Positions 61,883 through 64,000 of a stretch of DNA of 64,000 bases are shown here, one piece after another. The DNA lies in the NCBI GenBank assembly GCA_963780895.1, contig CAWAEG010000009.1, positions 88,025-152,024 on the forward strand, in the 5' to 3' direction. Position 1 is the stretch's first letter. Every line of letters begins with the position of its first letter. This stretch comes from an uncultured Acidobacteriota bacterium. Lineage in GTDB: Bacteria > Acidobacteriota > Vicinamibacteria > Vicinamibacterales > SCN-69-37. The notes under the pieces are model-generated. The model was not told the DNA's origin. It was given only the letters and a program-made list of their open reading frames with translations, and ran no database searches. The position numbers were made by a program, and so were the translations under genes.

Positions 61883-63388
61883 ATGAAGGTTCTCATTGCC
61901 AACCGTGGAGAAATCGCAGTCCGTGTGATACGCGCGTGCCGCGAGCTCGGTTTGGGAGCGGTCGCCGTGTACTCCGATTGCGACCGCGCGGCGCTGCACG
62001 TGCGGCTGGCGGACGAAGCGCATCACATCGGGCCGAGTCCCGCGGTCGAAAGCTATCTGCGAATCGACAAGATCGTCGACGTCGGGAAGCGGGCGGGCGT
62101 GTCGCTGGTCCATCCCGGATACGGCTTTCTCGCGGAGAACGAAGACTTTGCGCGGGCGTGCGCCGACGCCGGGCTGACGTTCGTCGGCCCGAGTCCCGAG
62201 GCGATGGCGGTCATGGGCAGCAAGACGGCGGCGCGCGACGCGGCCGTGCGCGCCGGCGTACCCATCGTGCCCGGCAGCGCGGCCCCGTTCGAGGCGGACG
62301 TGCCCGACGCCACGATTGCAACCGAAGCGAAACGCATCGGGTTCCCGTTGCTCGTCAAGGCCGTCGCCGGCGGCGGCGGCAAGGGCATGCGGACCGTGGC
62401 GGCTGAAGCCGATCTCGGTTCCGCCATTCGTGCCGCGAGATCCGAGGCGCAGTCGGCCTTCGGCGACGCCGCGATCTATCTCGAGCGGCGAATCGTCGCG
62501 CCGCGGCACATCGAGATCCAGCTCATGGCCGACGCGCACGGCACGGTCGTGCCGTTCGTCGAACGCGAGTGCTCGATCCAGCGCCGGCATCAGAAGGTCG
62601 TCGAGGAGTCACCGTCCATCGCGCTCGACGCGAAGACGCGCGCCGAGATGGCCGAGTGCGCCGCCCGCATCGCGCGCGACGTCGGCTACACGAACGCGGG
62701 CACGATCGAGTTCCTGCTCGACCCGGACGGCCGGTTCTACTTTCTCGAGATGAATACGCGCCTGCAGGTCGAACACCCGATCACCGAGATGGTCACGGGC
62801 GTCGATCTCGTGCACTGGCAGCTCCGGATTGCGCGCGGCGAGCGGCTGACCGTGCCGCCCGAGCGTGCGCTCACCCCGCGATCACACGCGATCGAATGCC
62901 GCATCTACGCCGAGGATCCGGACTCGGGCTTCATGCCGTCGCCGGGCCTCGTGCGCGCGATCTCGACGCCGGGCGGACCCGGGATTCGCGACGATCGCGG
63001 CGTCGCGCCGGGGTTCGAGATCCCGGTGTACTACGACTCGATGATCGCCAAGCTCATCGCGTGGGGCGACACACGGGCGGATGCAATCGTCCGGCTCGGC
63101 CGCGCGCTCGACGAATACCGCGTCGCCGGCGTCAAGACGACCGTGCCGTTTTTCCGCTGGCTGATTCGCCAGCCGTCGTTTCACGAGGCGCGTTTCGATA
63201 CGACCTATCTCGATCGGATCCTCGCGGAGCGCGCGGGCGCTCCGTTCGTCGCGCCGACCGATGAGGAAACGATCGACGCCGCGATCGCCGCCGCGATCAG
63301 CGCCTGGCGCCGGCAGTCGACGACGGCGCCGCCTGCCGTGGTGAACGGAGAGTGGCGACGCGCCGCGCGGATCGAGGGCCTGCGATGA
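61883..63388 (+). CDS. accC: Biotin carboxylase subunit of an acetyl/propionyl-CoA carboxylase.
   Basis: MKVLIANRGEIAVRVIRACRELG...HPGYGFLAEN...GGGGKGMR...EMNTRLQVEHPITE. ATG at 61883. Confidence 0.9.
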   Translation: MKVLIANRGEIAVRVIRACRELGLGAVAVYSDCDRAALHVRLADEAHHIGPSPAVESYLRIDKIVDVGKRAGVSLVHPGYGFLAENEDFARACADAGLTFVGPSPEAMAVMGSKTAARDAAVRAGVPIVPGSAAPFEADVPDATIATEAKRIGFPLLVKAVAGGGGKGMRTVAAEADLGSAIRAARSEAQSAFGDAAIYLERRIVAPRHIEIQLMADAHGTVVPFVERECSIQRRHQKVVEESPSIALDAKTRAEMAECAARIARDVGYTNAGTIEFLLDPDGRFYFLEMNTRLQVEHPITEMVTGVDLVHWQLRIARGERLTVPPERALTPRSHAIECRIYAEDPDSGFMPSPGLVRAISTPGGPGIRDDRGVAPGFEIPVYYDSMIAKLIAWGDTRADAIVRLGRALDEYRVAGVKTTVPFFRWLIRQPSFHEARFDTTYLDRILAERAGAPFVAPTDEETIDAAIAAAISAWRRQSTTAPPAVVNGEWRRAARIEGLR

Positions 63389-63894
63389 CCTTCGAAATCG
63401 AAATCAACGGCGGCGTCAAATCGGTCGTGCTCGAGCCCGTTCCCGGCGGGGCCGGCACGACTCTCCGTGCGACCGTCGACGGGCGCGTCCAGGAACTGGA
63501 CGTCACGGCGACGGAGCTGGGCTGGTCGCTGCTGTTCGCCGGCGGCCGGTCGGTTGACGTCGCCGTCACGGAACGGACACCCGGCGAGTGGCTCATCCAG
63601 CTTCCGAAGGTAGACGTCACCGCCACGGTGAACGGCCGCCGGTTCGGGCGCGGCCGCCCGGGCGACGCGTCGGCCCCGGGCGAGCGGCGGGTTTCGGCGC
63701 CGATGCCCGGCCGAATCGTCCGCGTCCTCGTCAGAGCGGGCGATGCCGTCGCCGCCGGGCAGCCGCTGGTCGTCGTCGAAGCCATGAAGATGGAGAACGA
63801 GCTGAAGTCTCCAAAGGCCGGCCGGGTCAAAGAGGTGTCCGTCGCCGAGGGCACGTCCATCGAAGCCGGCCGCTTGCTCGTCGTGGTCGAGTAA
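63385..63894 (+). CDS. Biotin carboxyl carrier protein (biotinyl domain with an N-terminal extension).
   Basis: C-terminal MPGRIVRVLVRAGDAVAAGQPLVVVEAMKMENEL, with the biotin-lysine motif EAMKME. ATGA overlap with the upstream gene. Confidence 0.85.
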   Translation: MTFEIEINGGVKSVVLEPVPGGAGTTLRATVDGRVQELDVTATELGWSLLFAGGRSVDVAVTERTPGEWLIQLPKVDVTATVNGRRFGRGRPGDASAPGERRVSAPMPGRIVRVLVRAGDAVAAGQPLVVVEAMKMENELKSPKAGRVKEVSVAEGTSIEAGRLLVVVE

Positions 63895-64000
63895 CGGCAC
63901 GGCGGTTGCTTGAGCCCTTGATAAGCTGACTCCCGTGGACGCCTCTCCACATTCGGCGCCGCCTCCCGAGTCCGAACCTACGCCACAAGAACTCGTGCCC

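Overview
High-GC bacterial chromosomal segment with about 58 protein-coding genes. I found no rRNA, tRNA, CRISPR array, transposase or phage genes by eye. Most content is housekeeping: the recR 3' end, osmC, a peptide-type ABC importer, cell-wall enzymes (M48/LysM protease, mtgA, NlpC/P60), uvrA, lpxC, lysA, tmk, comF, rsfS-nadD-obg-rpmA-rplU, dprA-topA-trmFO-xerC, hslVU, tal, and acyl-CoA carboxylase genes. There are also two ECF sigma modules, two sigma-54 activators and a histidine kinase.

Four things stand out.
1. Twelve single-base frame breaks hit eleven conserved genes, including obg, tmk and nadD. These are most simply consensus indel errors rather than biology.
2. The spacers are packed with several families of hairpin and heptamer-word repeats. 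Related tracts sit in frame inside trmFO, xerC and uvrA.
3. A visibly lower-GC block (about 4.7-9.9 kb) carries a TPR/sigma-54 activator, a 7TM-HD-GYP-GAF protein, and an S8 protease ending in a 14-unit MIWGGG hexapeptide array.
4. An ECF sigma, a STAS protein and a 93-aa acidic protein are translationally coupled, with no recognisable anti-sigma factor or kinase.

All calls rest on reading the six-frame track and the nucleotides by eye. No database search was possible, and the taxon is not determinable here.
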